Assembly: GCA_021773245.1 (NCBI GenBank)
Contig: JAJFKK010000124.1
Location: forward strand, 31,336 to 95,335
DNA: 64,000 nucleotides
Source: Gammaproteobacteria bacterium
GTDB lineage: Bacteria; Pseudomonadota; Gammaproteobacteria; Eutrophobiales; Eutrophobiaceae
Direction of reading: 5' to 3'
Numbering within the stretch: the first letter of the stretch is position 1; every line of letters begins with the position of its first letter. The notes under the pieces were generated by a model that ran no database searches, was not told where the DNA came from, and saw nothing but the letters and a program-made list of their open reading frames with translations. Below are positions 1 through 10,065 of the stretch, piece after piece. A program made the position numbers and the translations under genes.

Positions 1-831
1 GAACATATCATCATCACCGAGACCGGCCATGCTTCTAAATGCTTGCTCGGCTTCCTGCTGGATAACATCAACAACATCATCAACTGTAATACGACCAAGC
101 AATAAGCCTTGATCGTCAACTACCGCAGCTGAAACCAGATCACGTTGTTCGAATAATTTAGCGACTTCAGTTTTAGGTGTGCTGGCAGAAAGGTAGGCCT
201 CTTCTTCCATCCATTCGCCAACAGACGTTTCAGGTCCTCTCACCAGTAACTCCGTTAACGGTAAGACGCCAAGGTAATTATTGTCGCGATCAACTACCAT
301 TAAATTATCTGTTTTTGTCGGTATTTGTCCTAATAAGCGTAAGTAACGTGCAACTGCATCAAGCGAAACATCAGCGCGAACAGAAATGATGTCGATGTTC
401 ATTAAACCGCCAGCAGTGTCTTCCGGATAAGTTAGTACCGAGGCAAGCCTTTGACGATGCTGTTCATCCATTGAAAGCAATACGGTGTCGGCAACGTCTT
501 CAGGAAGATCTTGCAAAATGTCGGCGATATCATCTGCATCAAGATCTTTGGTTGCGTCAGCAACTTGAGCCGGGTGCATGTTTTCAAGGAATTCTGTACG
601 AACCGCATCTTGCATATGCGACAGTACATCGCCTTCAAGTTCAGTATCGACTAGCTCCCATACATTTTCACGTTCACGACCGGGCCTGCTTTCGATGACA
701 TCGGCAATTTCAGATGGGTGAAGTGAAGCGATAGCATCTCGAGCAAGATCGGTATCGTTTTGATCCAATGCCTCATGCAATGAATCAACAGCAGATACTT
801 CGGTTTCTTCTTGTGTGGTCTTCTCGTCCAT
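1..831 (-). CDS. mgtE: Mg2+ transporter MgtE; N-terminus is in the window, C-terminal membrane domain runs off the window edge
   Basis: Manual minus-strand translation from ATG at 829-831 gives MDEKTTQEETEVS... with MgtE N-domain and CBS-like region. Absent from the ORF track because no stop lies inside the window. Confidence 0.7.
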   Translation of the reverse strand, partial: MDEKTTQEETEVSAVDSLHEALDQNDTDLARDAIASLHPSEIADVIESRPGRERENVWELVDTELEGDVLSHMQDAVRTEFLENMHPAQVADATKDLDADDIADILQDLPEDVADTVLLSMDEQHRQRLASVLTYPEDTAGGLMNIDIISVRADVSLDAVARYLRLLGQIPTKTDNLMVVDRDNNYLGVLPLTELLVRGPETSVGEWMEEEAYLSASTPKTEVAKLFEQRDLVSAAVVDDQGLLLGRITVDDVVDVIQQEAEQAFRSMAGLGDDDMF

Positions 832-940
832 AATTGTTGCCTATATGTCCAAGGTACTTGAACATTATTATGAATCAGAGTTTATCAGTGCTTGCTGTGC
901 AATGCTAAAGCTGTCTCAAAATATGAGAAGCATGAACGAT

Positions 941-2689
941 CTAAACTGTTTCCAATTGAAATTCTTGAAGTAATACTTTTATCTCAGCACCACACGTAGC
1001 TTTGAGTATTTTATTTATTAAATTTTCCAGCTCACTTATATCTGTATTGTTAATAATTTTCTTAACTTCCAGTAATGATGCTGGATGCACACTGAACTCT
1101 CTTAAGCCTAAGCCAAGTAATAGCTGGGTGTGTTCTATTTCTCCGGCCATTTCGCCACACATCGCCACAGGAATGTTTGCTTTTTTTCCAGCTTTAATAG
1201 TGGCCTGGATTAAACGTAATACGGCAGGATGCAAGGGATCATATAAATAGTTGACCTCATCATTAACACGATCAATGGCCATGGTATATTGGATTAAATC
1301 GTTTGTGCCAATAGAAAGAAAGTCTAATTTCTTGGCAAAGATATCTGCGCAAACTGCAGCAGCAGGGACTTCTATCATGCCGCCAATTTCTATATCAGAA
1401 TCATATTCAATGGATTCAGCATCAAGTCCTTCTTTTAGATCATCGATCATCTGTAGAACCTGTTGCATCTCCTGAGTATTCGTCAACATTGGAATCATGA
1501 TCCGCACAGGACCAAACGCTGACGCCCTTAGAATCGCTCGTAACTGTGGTCTGAATAATTCCGGTTCTTTTAAGCACAATCTAATTGCGCGCAATCCTAA
1601 CGCTGGATTAGACTTAACAGGTCCCGCTTGTTTGCCAGCACCGTCTACTTGTTTGTCTGCGCCTAAATCAAGAGTTCGGATTGTTAGCGGCAAGCCTCGT
1701 AATGCTTTAAGAACCTCTTTGTAGGTTTCAAAATGCTCTTCTTCATCGGGAGGGGTGTCTCGGTTCATGTAAAGAAACTCGGTTCGATACAAGCCAACAC
1801 CTTTTGCTCCAACATTTCTAACCGTTTCAAAATCTTTAGGCAGCTCAATATTTGCCATGAGCTCAACAGAAACCCCATCTATTGATTCAGTTGGTGCGTT
1901 TTTAAGCCTGCCTAATGATGAGTAATAACGCTTTACTTCCTTTTGTTTTCTTTCATAAAAAAGCTGAATTTTTTTATCGGGATTTATTATTACGGTGCCA
2001 GTGGTGCCATCAATGATGGCAGTGTCATTGTTTTTTATTAGGCGCTGTGCATTATGCAGCCCAATTACGGCTGGAATACCTAAACTTCTGGCAAGAATAG
2101 CCGTATGCGATGTCGGCCCGCCAAACTCTGTTGCAAAAGCAGCGATGCCATAATGTTGCATTAGTACCGTATCAGCTGGTGTTAAATCATCTGCGATGAT
2201 GACTTTATTTTTTAAATGATCATCCGGGACTTCATGTAGCAAAGGTTTTTGTTTCAATAATATACGCAGGATACGGTTTACAACATGATCAACATCATCT
2301 CTGCGTGTACTTAAATAAGCATCCTCCATTTCATCAAAGACATTAACCAGAGCATCGCGCTGTAATTTCAGTGCCCATTCCGCATTACAGAGTCGTTCTT
2401 TAATAATACGTTTCGGTTCTTCTGTTAATGCGTTGTCTTCCATCATTAACAAGTGCGTGTCTATAAAAGCAGAAATATCTACTGATGTTGAGCTTGGGAT
2501 ATGATCTCGTATTGCTCGAAGCTGTTGACGTGCATTAGATATGGCATCATTAAAACGTGAGACTTCATTTTCAATTTGTGTTTTTCGAACATTGTATTCA
2601 CGAACATCAAGTTGATCATGTTGAATAATGTGAACTGAGCCAATGGCAATGCCACGAGAAACACTCACACCATGAAGTGAGATGGTCAC
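941..2689 (-). CDS. ptsI: PTS enzyme I (phosphoenolpyruvate-protein phosphotransferase); no GAF domain, so EI rather than EI-Ntr
   Basis: 582 aa. N-terminal HPr-binding and phosphohistidine region plus C-terminal PEP-utilising domain. Overlaps the HPr gene stop by 4 bp. Confidence 0.9.
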   Translation of the reverse strand: MTISLHGVSVSRGIAIGSVHIIQHDQLDVREYNVRKTQIENEVSRFNDAISNARQQLRAIRDHIPSSTSVDISAFIDTHLLMMEDNALTEEPKRIIKERLCNAEWALKLQRDALVNVFDEMEDAYLSTRRDDVDHVVNRILRILLKQKPLLHEVPDDHLKNKVIIADDLTPADTVLMQHYGIAAFATEFGGPTSHTAILARSLGIPAVIGLHNAQRLIKNNDTAIIDGTTGTVIINPDKKIQLFYERKQKEVKRYYSSLGRLKNAPTESIDGVSVELMANIELPKDFETVRNVGAKGVGLYRTEFLYMNRDTPPDEEEHFETYKEVLKALRGLPLTIRTLDLGADKQVDGAGKQAGPVKSNPALGLRAIRLCLKEPELFRPQLRAILRASAFGPVRIMIPMLTNTQEMQQVLQMIDDLKEGLDAESIEYDSDIEIGGMIEVPAAAVCADIFAKKLDFLSIGTNDLIQYTMAIDRVNDEVNYLYDPLHPAVLRLIQATIKAGKKANIPVAMCGEMAGEIEHTQLLLGLGLREFSVHPASLLEVKKIINNTDISELENLINKILKATCGAEIKVLLQEFQLETV

Positions 2690-2955
2690 TCGTCTTCTCC
2701 AAACCTGTCGTTGATTAATGCATCAAGTGCTTCCATCGCTGCATCTTCGTCTGGGCCAATAGTTTTTATGTCGATGCTTGAGCCTTTGCCCGCTGCTAAC
2801 ATCATAATTCCCATAATGCTTTTGCCGCTGACTTCTTTGTGGCCGGAGTAGACATTTATTTCTGACTGAAAGTTTGATGCAACTTTTACAAACTTAGCCG
2901 CCGCTCGTGCATGTAAGCCCAGTTTGTTAATTATTGTTATCGTTTTTTGATTCAT
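2686..2955 (-). CDS. ptsH: Phosphocarrier protein HPr/NPr
   Basis: 89 aa. His15 motif GLHARAA and regulatory Ser46 motif GKSIMG. Confidence 0.85.
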   Translation of the reverse strand: MNQKTITIINKLGLHARAAAKFVKVASNFQSEINVYSGHKEVSGKSIMGIMMLAAGKGSSIDIKTIGPDEDAAMEALDALINDRFGEDE

Positions 2956-3353
2956 TATTTTTTTTCGTATGGAGCAATGCTGACTCCATCAACTCCGCCG
3001 CTGTAAGCTTTTTCGGTTAAGTTAGCAAGATTTAAATCAGGGTAATTGAAAACACGAATTAACATAGATAAATTTATCCCGGTTACAATGTTAATGTCCT
3101 TGTGTATCTGTAGTCGGTGTGCAATGTTGCTCGGCGTGGATCCGAGGAGGTCGGTTAGAACTAAAACGCCGTCGCCCACATCTAGCTCTTCAAGAAATGA
3201 CTTTGCTGTCTCAAGTTCTTTATCCGGATCACATTCACGACTTGCAGAAAGAAGTCTTACCTTTAATGGATTGTTTTCAATCATATTGTTTGCCGTGTCA
3301 AACAAGGCATCACCTATGCCGTCATGCGAAATGATTAAAATACCTACACTCAT
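2955..3353 (-). CDS. PTS EIIA component, mannose/fructose family
   Basis: MSVGILIISHDGIGDAL... matches EIIA-Man. Track ORF trimmed to the internal Met at 3353 because the longer version overlaps rapZ. Confidence 0.7.
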   Translation of the reverse strand: MSVGILIISHDGIGDALFDTANNMIENNPLKVRLLSASRECDPDKELETAKSFLEELDVGDGVLVLTDLLGSTPSNIAHRLQIHKDINIVTGINLSMLIRVFNYPDLNLANLTEKAYSGGVDGVSIAPYEKK

Positions 3354-3354
3354 A

Positions 3355-4224
3355 CTATAAATCCCGATGTCTAATGATAACTTGCTTGTCTGAGCTACTA
3401 AATATGGCCGCAAGTTGTTCAACAATAAATACAGAACGATGATGACCGCCAGTGCAGCCAAAGGCAATACTTAAATAACTGCGATTGTCAGCTTCAAATC
3501 GTGGTATCCAACGTTCTAGAAAATGCTCTAAATCTGATAACATTTGTTTAACATCATTTTGTTTTAATAAGAATTCAATGATGGGCTCATCTTTTCCAGA
3601 GTATTTCCGCAAATCTTTATTCCAATATGGGTTAGGAAGACACCTTAAATCAAAAACAAAATCAGCATCTTTAGGAATACCATTTTTATATCCAAAAGAC
3701 ATAAACTGTAAAGAAAGTGTCGCATCTTCTCTTTGAGCAATGCGATTTCGTACTATGTCGCGTAACTCATTTAATTGCATGTGGCTAGTGTCAATAGCTA
3801 AGTCGGCAGCTTCAGCAAGTTCACCAATAATATAACGTTCTAGTTTGATGGCATCTGTTAATGAAGTTTCGTCTGAAGAAAGTGGGTGTTTTCTTCGAGT
3901 TTCACTAAAACGTTTTGTTAATACATCATCGCTTGCTTCAATAAAAACCAGATCTGTTGAGATATTCTTTTCTCGTAGAGACGAAATTGTTTTTGGAAGA
4001 AAGGAAAAGTCATCCTGAGTATTTCTTGCATCTATGCCGATAACAATTTGTTTTGCCAGCTTGCTGTCTGCAGATGAAAACTGATCGATTAATTCATTGA
4101 GTAAACTAACAGGGAGGTTGTCAATCGTATAATAGGATAGATCTTCAAGCGTGTTTAGAACAACGGTTTTTCCTGCGCCAGATAAGCCACTAACAATGAT
4201 AAGTCGACGCGTCTGTTCATTCAT
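3355..4224 (-). CDS. rapZ: RNase adaptor protein RapZ (YhbJ), P-loop NTPase
   Basis: MNEQTRRLIIVSGLSGAGKTVVLNTLEDLSYYTIDNLP N-terminus is typical of RapZ. Confidence 0.9.
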   Translation of the reverse strand: MNEQTRRLIIVSGLSGAGKTVVLNTLEDLSYYTIDNLPVSLLNELIDQFSSADSKLAKQIVIGIDARNTQDDFSFLPKTISSLREKNISTDLVFIEASDDVLTKRFSETRRKHPLSSDETSLTDAIKLERYIIGELAEAADLAIDTSHMQLNELRDIVRNRIAQREDATLSLQFMSFGYKNGIPKDADFVFDLRCLPNPYWNKDLRKYSGKDEPIIEFLLKQNDVKQMLSDLEHFLERWIPRFEADNRSYLSIAFGCTGGHHRSVFIVEQLAAIFSSSDKQVIIRHRDL

Positions 4225-5196
4225 TTATTCTTCGCCTGATTCCATCAGTTTTCTTTGCCGTTTTGCAAATATTTTCGATGCATTGTAACCACTATCACGC
4301 AAGATATGGTTACGTGCGGCACACTCCAGCATAACAGCAAGGTTGCGACCCGGTGCTACAGGCAGGGTAATTTGCGGAACCTCCATATCCAGTATGCTTT
4401 GAGTATCATAACTTCCCTCCAGCCGATCAACAGACAGCAAGTCATTTGCATCCATCTGTTGTAATTGTACGATTAGTTTAAGGTATTTATTTTTTTTGAT
4501 TGCGCTGTCGCCAAATAATTCTCGTACATTGATAATGCCGAGTCCTCTGACTTCGAGAAAATCTTGTAGTGCTTTTGGGCAAGTGCCGTTAACAATGTCC
4601 GGTGCAATTTTAGAGAAAAGAGGTGCGTCGTCTGCAATTAAACGGTGACCCCGAGAAATCAGTTCCAGTGCAAGTTCGCTTTTACCTATACCACTTGGGC
4701 CTGTTATCAATACGCCAATCGCCATAACTTCCATGTAAACACCATGTAGCGTCAACATATCGGCGAATAGATTGGTTAAAAAGTAATGTAATACGTTAGC
4801 TAGTTTGTTGCCATCTTTTGGCGTTGCAAGCAGGGGGGTGTTGTATTCGTTGCTTTTACGTTTAAGCAAAGTGGGAGCGTTGCAGCCATCAGCAACAATA
4901 ATACAAACAGGCCTACTATTAAATAATTGGGCGATGGAGTCTTGCATGGAAATATCTCTTAATCCTTCAAGATATTTAATTTCCGTTTTGCCAATGATCT
5001 GTACCTGATGGGGGTGGATCAGGTTTAAATGGCCTACCCATGAAACGCTACTTGAATGTTCAGCCGACGTTTGTTCTTCGTCCTGGATAAGTGCGTGTTT
5101 AGCGCCTTCTTGTCCGGCAACCCACTCAAGTTTTAATTTATCGCGATGAATATTGTAGAGATCATCAATGCTTAACTGGTTAGTGAGTCCTGCCAT
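4225..5196 (-). CDS. hprK: HPr kinase/phosphorylase, full length with N-terminal domain
   Basis: 323 aa. Walker A GPSGIGKSE and HprK C-terminal domain. Start is adjacent to the rapZ stop. Confidence 0.9.
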   Translation of the reverse strand: MAGLTNQLSIDDLYNIHRDKLKLEWVAGQEGAKHALIQDEEQTSAEHSSSVSWVGHLNLIHPHQVQIIGKTEIKYLEGLRDISMQDSIAQLFNSRPVCIIVADGCNAPTLLKRKSNEYNTPLLATPKDGNKLANVLHYFLTNLFADMLTLHGVYMEVMAIGVLITGPSGIGKSELALELISRGHRLIADDAPLFSKIAPDIVNGTCPKALQDFLEVRGLGIINVRELFGDSAIKKNKYLKLIVQLQQMDANDLLSVDRLEGSYDTQSILDMEVPQITLPVAPGRNLAVMLECAARNHILRDSGYNASKIFAKRQRKLMESGEE

Positions 5197-5200
5197 AGGA

Positions 5201-5647
5201 TCATGCCGTCAAGATAGAATATATTTCATCCGAGGAACGAGATCGTCTCAGTTTACGAATGGTTGTTTTATCGCTAAACATTTCAGCCAGCGTTGCCAAT
5301 GTTTGCAGGTGTTCTTCGGTTGAGTCTTCTGGAACGATTAAAGCAAAAAGCAGATCAACAGGGGTTTTATCTATAGCGTCATAATCAACAGCAGTATCAA
5401 GTTGGATAAAAGCAGCAATAGTTTTTTTACCGCTTTTTAGCCTACCATGCGGAATCGCTACGCCATTACCAATACCCGTGCTTCCTAGCCTTTCGCGAGC
5501 AATCAAACAGTCAAATACTTCAGTTTGCGCTGTTTCATTGTCAGAATGAGCGATTGTTTTTGCCAAAGTGTCCAGCGCATCTTTTTTGCTATGGCAGCCC
5601 ATTTTTGGCAAAACACAATCGGGTGATAAAATATCTGAAATATTCAT
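5201..5647 (-). CDS. ptsN: Nitrogen-regulatory PTS EIIA-Ntr
   Basis: 148 aa. Active-site region GNGVAIPHGR. Conserved position after hpf. Confidence 0.85.
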   Translation of the reverse strand: MNISDILSPDCVLPKMGCHSKKDALDTLAKTIAHSDNETAQTEVFDCLIARERLGSTGIGNGVAIPHGRLKSGKKTIAAFIQLDTAVDYDAIDKTPVDLLFALIVPEDSTEEHLQTLATLAEMFSDKTTIRKLRRSRSSDEIYSILTA

Positions 5648-5683
5648 ATTGTTATTATAATTTTAATAAAAAACTCGAAGCGC

Positions 5684-6010
5684 TTAATCTTCAAGTTGGT
5701 TTTGTATGCTGCTTTCTCCGCGATGATGGTCAGTTAATTTTTCTTTATGTTTTTTTAACTGACGATCAAGTTTGTCTACTAATCCATCTATAGCTGCATA
5801 CATATCTTCCTGTTCGTTTTCAGCAAATAAATTACCGCGATTAACATGTACTGTTGCTTCTGCCTTTTGTCGTTCTTTTTCTACGCTTAAAATAACGTGT
5901 GTATTGTTGATATGTTCGAAGTGTCGTTCCAGTTTTTGGAATTTATTTTCTACATAAGCTTTTAATGAGTCAGTTATGTCTACATGTCTACCGGTTACAT
6001 CAATTTGCAT
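5684..6010 (-). CDS. hpf: Ribosome hibernation promoting factor
   Basis: MQIDVTGRHVDITDSLKAYVENKF... is a canonical HPF/YfiA N-terminus. Confidence 0.9.
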   Translation of the reverse strand: MQIDVTGRHVDITDSLKAYVENKFQKLERHFEHINNTHVILSVEKERQKAEATVHVNRGNLFAENEQEDMYAAIDGLVDKLDRQLKKHKEKLTDHHRGESSIQNQLED

Positions 6011-6035
6011 AGAACCCCCTTTAACAATTTTATTT

Positions 6036-7511
6036 TTAGGCTAATCTTTTACGTTCATTTGAAGGCGGAATAGCCATGGCCTCTCTGTATTTTGCTACAG
6101 TTCTTCGTGCTACATTAATCCCTTGTTCTTCCAATATGGCAGCTATTTTACTGTCACTTAATGGTTTTTGTGGTGTTTCAGCGGCGACTAATTTTTTTAT
6201 CAGTGCGCGAATAGCCGTTGACGAACAGGCGCCACCATAACTTGTACTAACATGACTGGAGAAAAAATATTTTAATTCAAATATTCCCCGAGGTGTATGC
6301 ATATATTTACGAGTCGTTACACGCGAGATAGTTGATTCATGCATGCCTAACGTTTCGGCAACATCATGCAGCACTAAAGGCTTCATTGCTTCTTCTCCAT
6401 AGTCGAGAAAAGCCCGTTGTCTTTCTACAATACAGGTTGTTACGCGCAATAATGTTTCACTTCGGCTACGCAGGCTTTTTATAAACCATCGTGCTTCCTG
6501 TAAATGGGATTTAAGTGAATTGTTGTCGTCACTATTGTCAGCGCGACGAATCATATTGGCGTATGAAGAATTTATTTTTAGACTGGGCATAGAATCAGTA
6601 TTTAAATCAACTTTCCAAACCCCTTTTACCTTTTTAACATAAACATCAGGCACCACATATTCGGTACGCGCTACGCTAACTTGGTTTCCCGGCCTAGGGT
6701 TCATGGATTGAATTAAAGCAACTACTTCTGTTAATTCTTCCTTGTCCAATTTCATTTTGCGCATGAGTTGGTTGTAATCATGGCCGGCCAGTAAGTCGAG
6801 ATAATTATTGACCAGGTTTTTTGCTTCATCCAGCCAAACGGTTTCTTTGTCACATTGTTTTAACTGAAGACTTAAACATTCTTTTATATCCCTTGAAGCA
6901 ACACCGATAGGATCCATGGATTGAATCATTCTTAAAACAGCTTCGACTTCTTCTGCGCCAATTTCTTCTTCTTCCAGATCATTGTCGTCGATAGCAGCGA
7001 GAATATCTTCAAGTGACTCAGTTAAATAGCCATCATCATCGAGTGAGTCAACGATAGTCATGGCGATAATCTTGTCCGTATCTGACGTTGGTGTCAGGTT
7101 AAGTTGCCATTCCAGATGTTCGCGTAATGTTTTTTCTTTTGAATCCTGATTTTCAAAACCATCGTAGCTACTGTCAGAGCCTGTTTTTGTAAAACTAGGC
7201 GTGCTGTCATAAACATCGTCCCAGCCACTATCAACGGCAAGTTCATCCGGCATCGTGTCCTGGTTCATTTCCGTGACTTGATCGGCTTGCTCATCAGACT
7301 CTTTCTTTAGCTTTGTTTCTTCTGCTTTGCCAGGGCTTTCTTCCGATGTACTTTGTGCGTCATCGACTTCCAGCATCATATTTGATTCGAGTGCATCTTG
7401 AACTTCAGCTTGTAGTTCAATGCTTGATAACTGCAACAAGCGGATAGCCTGTTGTAGTTGTGGTGTCATCGTTAGGCTTTGGCCTATTTTTAATTGTAAT
7501 GATGCTTTCAT
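6036..7511 (-). CDS. rpoN: RNA polymerase sigma-54 factor
   Basis: 491 aa. Gln-rich N-terminus, acidic region, and C-terminal RpoN box [10 protein letters not shown]. Confidence 0.95.
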   Translation of the reverse strand: MKASLQLKIGQSLTMTPQLQQAIRLLQLSSIELQAEVQDALESNMMLEVDDAQSTSEESPGKAEETKLKKESDEQADQVTEMNQDTMPDELAVDSGWDDVYDSTPSFTKTGSDSSYDGFENQDSKEKTLREHLEWQLNLTPTSDTDKIIAMTIVDSLDDDGYLTESLEDILAAIDDNDLEEEEIGAEEVEAVLRMIQSMDPIGVASRDIKECLSLQLKQCDKETVWLDEAKNLVNNYLDLLAGHDYNQLMRKMKLDKEELTEVVALIQSMNPRPGNQVSVARTEYVVPDVYVKKVKGVWKVDLNTDSMPSLKINSSYANMIRRADNSDDNNSLKSHLQEARWFIKSLRSRSETLLRVTTCIVERQRAFLDYGEEAMKPLVLHDVAETLGMHESTISRVTTRKYMHTPRGIFELKYFFSSHVSTSYGGACSSTAIRALIKKLVAAETPQKPLSDSKIAAILEEQGINVARRTVAKYREAMAIPPSNERKRLA

Positions 7512-7568
7512 ATTATTAAGTGTAACTTAAAATTTCATTGTTTGAAGCGGATCCAAAAAGCAATGAAA

Positions 7569-8294
7569 TTAAAGTGAAAACTCGTCTCCCAAATAAACTT
7601 CCCTAACTTTATCATTATTTAAAATTTGTTCTGTAGATCCTTCGGCAAGAATCTTGCCATCATGTACTACATAAGCACGATCACAGATACCTAGCGTTTC
7701 TCGAACATTATGATCAGTGATTAATATGCCGATTCCATGGTCGCAGAGGCGATGGATTAATCGTTGTATGTCATTGATTGAAATAGGGTCTATGCCCGCG
7801 AAAGGCTCATCCAGCAACAAAAAACGAGGTTCAGAAGCTAATGCTCTGGCGATTTCCAGTCGTCGGCGCTCACCACCAGAAAGGCTCATGCCGAGGTTGT
7901 CTCGTAGGTGAGTAATGTGGAATTCCTGTAGTAATAATTCCAGACGTTGTTTTGCTTTATCGCGGTCATTTGGCAAACGAGTTTCGAGTATCGCCATAAT
8001 ATTTTCTTCAACCGTCAATTTTCTGAACACGGATGCTTCTTGCGGCAGGTAGCCTAAGCCGAGGTGAGAACGCTCATCCATTGATAAACGGCTGATTTCA
8101 CGATTATCCAGATGAATAGTGCCGTTATCTGATGGTACAAGGCCGACAATCATATAAAAACTGGTTGTTTTGCCGGCACCGTTGGCTCCTAATAAACCAA
8201 TTGTTTCTCCACTTTGAACGCTTAGGCTGACATCAGAAACGACCTTTCTTGACCGATAAGACTTGGATAGATGACGTACGGATAAAATGCTCAT
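7569..8294 (-). CDS. lptB: LPS export ABC transporter ATPase LptB
   Basis: Near-collinear with E. coli LptB: Walker [10 protein letters not shown], signature LSGGERRR, C-terminus VYLGDEF. Confidence 0.95.
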   Translation of the reverse strand: MSILSVRHLSKSYRSRKVVSDVSLSVQSGETIGLLGANGAGKTTSFYMIVGLVPSDNGTIHLDNREISRLSMDERSHLGLGYLPQEASVFRKLTVEENIMAILETRLPNDRDKAKQRLELLLQEFHITHLRDNLGMSLSGGERRRLEIARALASEPRFLLLDEPFAGIDPISINDIQRLIHRLCDHGIGILITDHNVRETLGICDRAYVVHDGKILAEGSTEQILNNDKVREVYLGDEFSL

Positions 8295-8386
8295 GGCAAT
8301 ATGTCTTAAAACAGATTAGCAAATAACACTAATGGGCCGTTCAGTGATACACCTTATAATTAGTTAGATACAAAAGTTTAGATCCT

Positions 8387-8965
8387 TTATTGCTGCTTTT
8401 TCTTTTTAATTATTATTTTAACACGACCATCATTTTTCTTGTTGGTCTCGCCATCGTTAGCCTTCGTTGTTCTGGTCGAGCCTTTTGCTATTACCTTGCT
8501 AAGTACGGTGTCATATTCTATGCGTTTGCCACTCATTCGAGAGCCGTTTGGTTTTGTTACTAACGCCTTTTCTTTCAGGATAATGTAATCCTTAAGTGCA
8601 TAATACTCCATTTGTAATGCTTCGGCCTCATCATATGTTTCACTGTCATCGGGCAGCTGTCGATAGGTTGCCGGTTTGCCTTGCATGATTACCAGTTCCA
8701 TATCGCCACTCTCTGCAAAATGCACCGTCATAGTGTGCCCCGTCATTCGGATGCTACCTTGCGTTACTACAACGTCGCCACGGTATGTTGTCACGCCCTT
8801 TAGATCGTCCATTTCAGCTGAATCTGCTTCTATTTCGATATCTTTTTGTTTGTCAGTCGATAAAGCGAACACTGTATTCATCATTAAGATGAAAGTAGCG
8901 CCTAAAATAAATTTTAGAGTTATATTAAGGCGCTGGCGCACTTGATTCGATAGTTGTCTGTACAT
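8387..8965 (-). CDS. lptA: LPS transport periplasmic protein LptA
   Basis: OstA-like fold with VTTYRGDVVVTQGSIRMTG. Start chosen at Met17 (MYRQLS..., signal peptide) rather than the track start at 9013. Confidence 0.8.
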   Translation of the reverse strand: MYRQLSNQVRQRLNITLKFILGATFILMMNTVFALSTDKQKDIEIEADSAEMDDLKGVTTYRGDVVVTQGSIRMTGHTMTVHFAESGDMELVIMQGKPATYRQLPDDSETYDEAEALQMEYYALKDYIILKEKALVTKPNGSRMSGKRIEYDTVLSKVIAKGSTRTTKANDGETNKKNDGRVKIIIKKKKQQ

Positions 8966-9500
8966 TGTTAAGAAACTCCATTCGTTGTTCTTGTAAATAT
9001 GCGCGCATTCCAATAGAAGTTGTGGTTGATTTTTTACTAATTAACGTCGCCGCTTTATCGGTTTCAGCATATTTTTGATCAACTAATACACGTGCATCTT
9101 CGGTTATTAATTCAAGTTTAAGTTTTCCATCATCATCATTTTGATGAAGATAGACATTGCCGTTTAATAAAATAACGTCATTATTTGATGTTACCCAACC
9201 GGTATCGGACTTAACATTGATAGGCGGTTTATCTTTGCGAAAAATTTTTAATTCTGGCTCGTGCAATTCCGATGTGTTGTCGTCAGGGTAATGTGCCATA
9301 TAAACAGCATTTAAACGATTCTTTGGTGTGCCATCCTGATTCATCGTTAAAGTGGTGAAATTTTCCAAATAGTAATCCGGATAATGAGCCAACTTACTTA
9401 ATTTAGTTGCATCATCATCACTGAGTTTGTCTAAAGCCCAATAACTGAAAGCAGCGATAATGACGAGAATAAGTGCTAGTTGCCATCTACCTGTGAACAT
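8925..9500 (-). CDS. lptC: LPS export system protein LptC
   Basis: 191 aa with N-terminal TM anchor. Position between kdsC and lptA. Confidence 0.75.
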   Translation of the reverse strand: MFTGRWQLALILVIIAAFSYWALDKLSDDDATKLSKLAHYPDYYLENFTTLTMNQDGTPKNRLNAVYMAHYPDDNTSELHEPELKIFRKDKPPINVKSDTGWVTSNNDVILLNGNVYLHQNDDDGKLKLELITEDARVLVDQKYAETDKAATLISKKSTTTSIGMRAYLQEQRMEFLNNVQTTIESSAPAP

Positions 9501-9534
9501 AATTATTTTCTAAATTTGCTCAGACAAGATAAGC

Positions 9535-10065
9535 TCAGGATAGGTACGCTTTAATGCGTTCGTCAAATTTGCCTTGGGCTTTCATAATAAATTCACATAC
9601 TTCTCTAACGGCCCCTTGTCCACCTTGATCTTCAGTTACCCAGTTTGCATGTTCTTTTACTTCGGGTCTGGCATCAGCTACAGCAATAGCCAGCCCTACT
9701 TTTGTCATAGCAGGCAAGTCGATAACATCATCACCAACGTAGGCAATTTGCTCTCGTGCCAGCCCTAGCTCTTCAATGAGTTTCATTAACCTTGCGCCTT
9801 TGTCTTTTTCGCCTTGATAAACATATTTGATACCAAGAGACTCCATTCGTTCAGCAACAATTTTTGACGAGCGTGCTGTGATCACAGCAATATTACAACC
9901 TGACTCAAGTAGCATAACCAAACCATGCCCATCTCGCACATGAAATGACTTATATTCATTACCACTTTCGCCCAAAATAAGTTTGCCATCAGTTAAGACG
10001 CCATCGACATCAAATACAGCAAGTTTAACGTGGCTTGCTTTTTCCATTAGCGCTTTCTTGTCCAT
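9535..10065 (-). CDS. kdsC: KDO 8-phosphate phosphatase (HAD family)
   Basis: AVFDVDGVLTDG and GDDVIDLP HAD motifs. Confidence 0.9.
   Translation of the reverse strand: MDKKALMEKASHVKLAVFDVDGVLTDGKLILGESGNEYKSFHVRDGHGLVMLLESGCNIAVITARSSKIVAERMESLGIKYVYQGEKDKGARLMKLIEELGLAREQIAYVGDDVIDLPAMTKVGLAIAVADARPEVKEHANWVTEDQGGQGAVREVCEFIMKAQGKFDERIKAYLS

Noticed and set aside
1002-1724. Three plus-strand ORFs (82, 74, 75 aa) inside ptsI
   Set aside because: Antisense to a well-supported 582-aa gene. Low-complexity Ser/Ala-rich translations typical of antisense frames.
8966-9013. Longer N-terminal extensions of lptA (to 9013), yebC (to 27809) and EIIA-Man (to 3467) in the ORF track
   Set aside because: Extensions overlap upstream genes or precede hallmark conserved N-termini. 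Internal Met starts fit the family consensus better.
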